A stretch of 64,000 nucleotides of DNA from Amphiscolops sp. MND2022 (lineage: Eukaryota). Where the stretch lies: NCBI GenBank assembly GCA_964187785.1, contig OZ076409.1, positions 18,850,001 through 18,914,000 on the forward strand, written 5' to 3'. The notes under the pieces were generated by a model. The model was not told the origin of the DNA, did no database searches, and was given only the letters and a program-made list of their open reading frames with translations. The translations under genes were made by a program, and so were the position numbers. Every line of letters starts with the position of its first letter. The first letter of the stretch is position 1. Positions 61,880-64,000 of the stretch are shown in pieces.

Positions 61880-64000
61880 CTGAAAACATGCATGGTTTTA
61901 TTTCAAAAAAGCTGTATTTGAGAAAAATCAGAGCCGCATGTGCGGTAAAGGTGTCGGAAATGGAATAAAATATTGAAAAACAAATTACGTACTTCATTGT
62001 CAGTTCGTCATTTTGAACTGATTTTGTCTGTTTCTCAGATCCTAGTCATACGATTTTGATGTCATTGAACACATAGAACCCTAATAGGGTGCAGAATGAT
62101 TGTGAAAATTTCGTTTGAATCGCATGGAGAGTTTTTTTAGAAAATAGAAAAAAGCCCAAAAATTGCCGTTTTTTGGTACTTTTTGGACTAATTTTGGTTG
62201 TTTCTCAGCGCCCAATAATACGAGTATGATGTGATTGCGCACGCAGGAACACCTTTAGGTGTAATTTGACTGTGCTAAATTTTGTTTAAAAAGTATGGAC
62301 AGTATAAAATAATGCATAAAACTGACTGAATTCACCAGGGTTTCAGAATTCAAATTGGTCCCTTCAGGGCTCATTATTATTCCCGTAAAAAACTTCAAAC
62401 AAATTTCAAAAAGTTCATCAATCGTTTTCATATATATTTTTGCTATAAAATCATTCAAAAACCTTTTCAAAAGTTGATCTTTTACTTCCGAACAGAATTG
62501 TCAAACAATATATAATTTTGAATGTTTCGAACGAAGTGCAAGAAATAATCCACTTGAGCTCATTGCTGTCCTTTTAATTTTTTGATATGATTGTCATACG
62601 GATGTCATACGTAGGAAGCTAAAAAATTGCATACGCTATCTATCATCAACGGATTTCGACAGAAATTCAAACTGTCGATATTGATATTACCACACAGCAA
62701 CCCACAATAACGACCTCCCTCAAAAATGAACTTTGTTTTAGTCAATCATCATTTGCCTTCTGACGTTAGCCAAAGACAAAAACATCATTTACCGTACAGA
62801 GGGTATGATCAAACATTACGAAAGGATAATTCCAAGACTTAGTTTGGACTGCCTACTATCCAATGTTGATCAATTGTGCGGTATTTGGACTTGATATCAA
62901 ACTTACTGTTGAAACAAAAATGTTCTTTTTTTTGCTTTGAAAAATTTGAAAAAAATAAAAAAACTATGAAACATTTTTCAACACAGCAAAATCCCAAACA
63001 ATCACAATTTTCAAATTATTTCCCGCAATAGTGCCCTCCAAAAAACTTCGCTAAACGTCACTTTTAAACGACGTGTAACTTCTGAAAAGTCAGCTGGTGC
63101 ATATGGGCGTTTGAAAAAATTGGCCTTCTTAGAAGTCACAAATGTTTCTGCAGCAGCAAAAAATTCCAAAGTTCCGGAAAGTTCGTCAATTTTCCACTGA
63201 AATTTTTAGAAGTTTCGAGGTGTAAATCTTTCAATGCGAAACGTTATATAAAAAAACATGTTTTCAATTTTGAAATTTTTTGAAGGTTATGAAGCTACAA
63301 AATTTATTAATTTTGACAGAGCATCCAATCTTTGGAGAATATTTTTTGGTAATTAAACGAAAAAATACTACTGAAAATTATCAACGATCTGTTTTCTTCT
63401 TATTTGTGGAATTCCTAACTTAGCGAAAGTTCAAATCGTCGAAAGAGAAAAATTGATCTCAAGCATCAATGTTTGATAATCGCGATTTCTGATTTGTCGA
63501 ATTTCAAAATCGAATTGAATTCAGTCATTTGAAGAGGCGCATCGCAAATTGCAGACTATTATTTGGAAGTAGTCACATAGATTCATATATCGATATGTCA
63601 CTGCTACTCCAGATGTTGATTTCAACAAAGGAGGGAAGAATGCAGAGACATACAACCAGCATTTACACACTGGTAGCAAAAAGCGATGTACAGCTGAAAA
63701 TTAAATCTTATTCAGTTTGTCAAGAACATTTCATTTCATTACAGTGCATCTGCAAGATAAATCGCCATAGACACTTTTCTGTGCGTGTATGTCCTCCGAT
63801 TCCGCAGACATGTCTTGAAGCGTGTAAAATCGGCAATTTAGCACTGATTTTGCGGAATCCACACCACGAAAATCTGCGTTTTTCGGAATCCGAGGGCATG
63901 GGTTAATACGTTAGCAGGTTTCAAATTGCGGAAACTGGGACCAAAAATATGCCGACAAATGCCGACTAGATGCCGCCAAATTCGTGTCTTGGATTCCACA

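Noticed and set aside
63529..63906. 125-aa ORF near the window end
   Set aside because: TTG start, no motif, antisense to the ABCA intron.

Overview
Repeat-rich animal (invertebrate-like) genomic DNA. The window lies inside one minus-strand ABCA-subfamily (ABCA3-like) transporter gene. I traced 17 phase-compatible coding exons (2,337 nt over about 60 kb, from the end of TMD1 through NBD1 into TMD2), including a putative 12-nt microexon and a GC-AG intron. The introns are inflated by transposons: (i) a 19.2-kb, apparently intact, very young giant Ty3/Gypsy LTR retrotransposon (42076-61309); (ii) a 6.1-kb non-autonomous relative of it (3046-9113); (iii) a 6.0-kb Mag-like Gypsy element (24510-30534); (iv) a decayed Tc1 element, several MITE/foldback and Helentron-like repeats, a 299-bp palindrome and a 29-bp minisatellite. 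The most unusual system is the giant element family. Its Gag-Pol has a pseudo-protease before the protease and a post-integrase tail with AT-hooks, a Cys cluster and tandem TARG1-like macrodomains. A second 1.45k-aa ORF in the env position contains an SGNH-like pseudo-esterase rather than an Env. The leader is built from ~180-bp monomers in a ~720-bp higher-order repeat, the PBS is displaced 16 nt from the LTR end, and the target duplications appear to be only 3 bp. All domain calls are by-eye motif recognition, not database searches.
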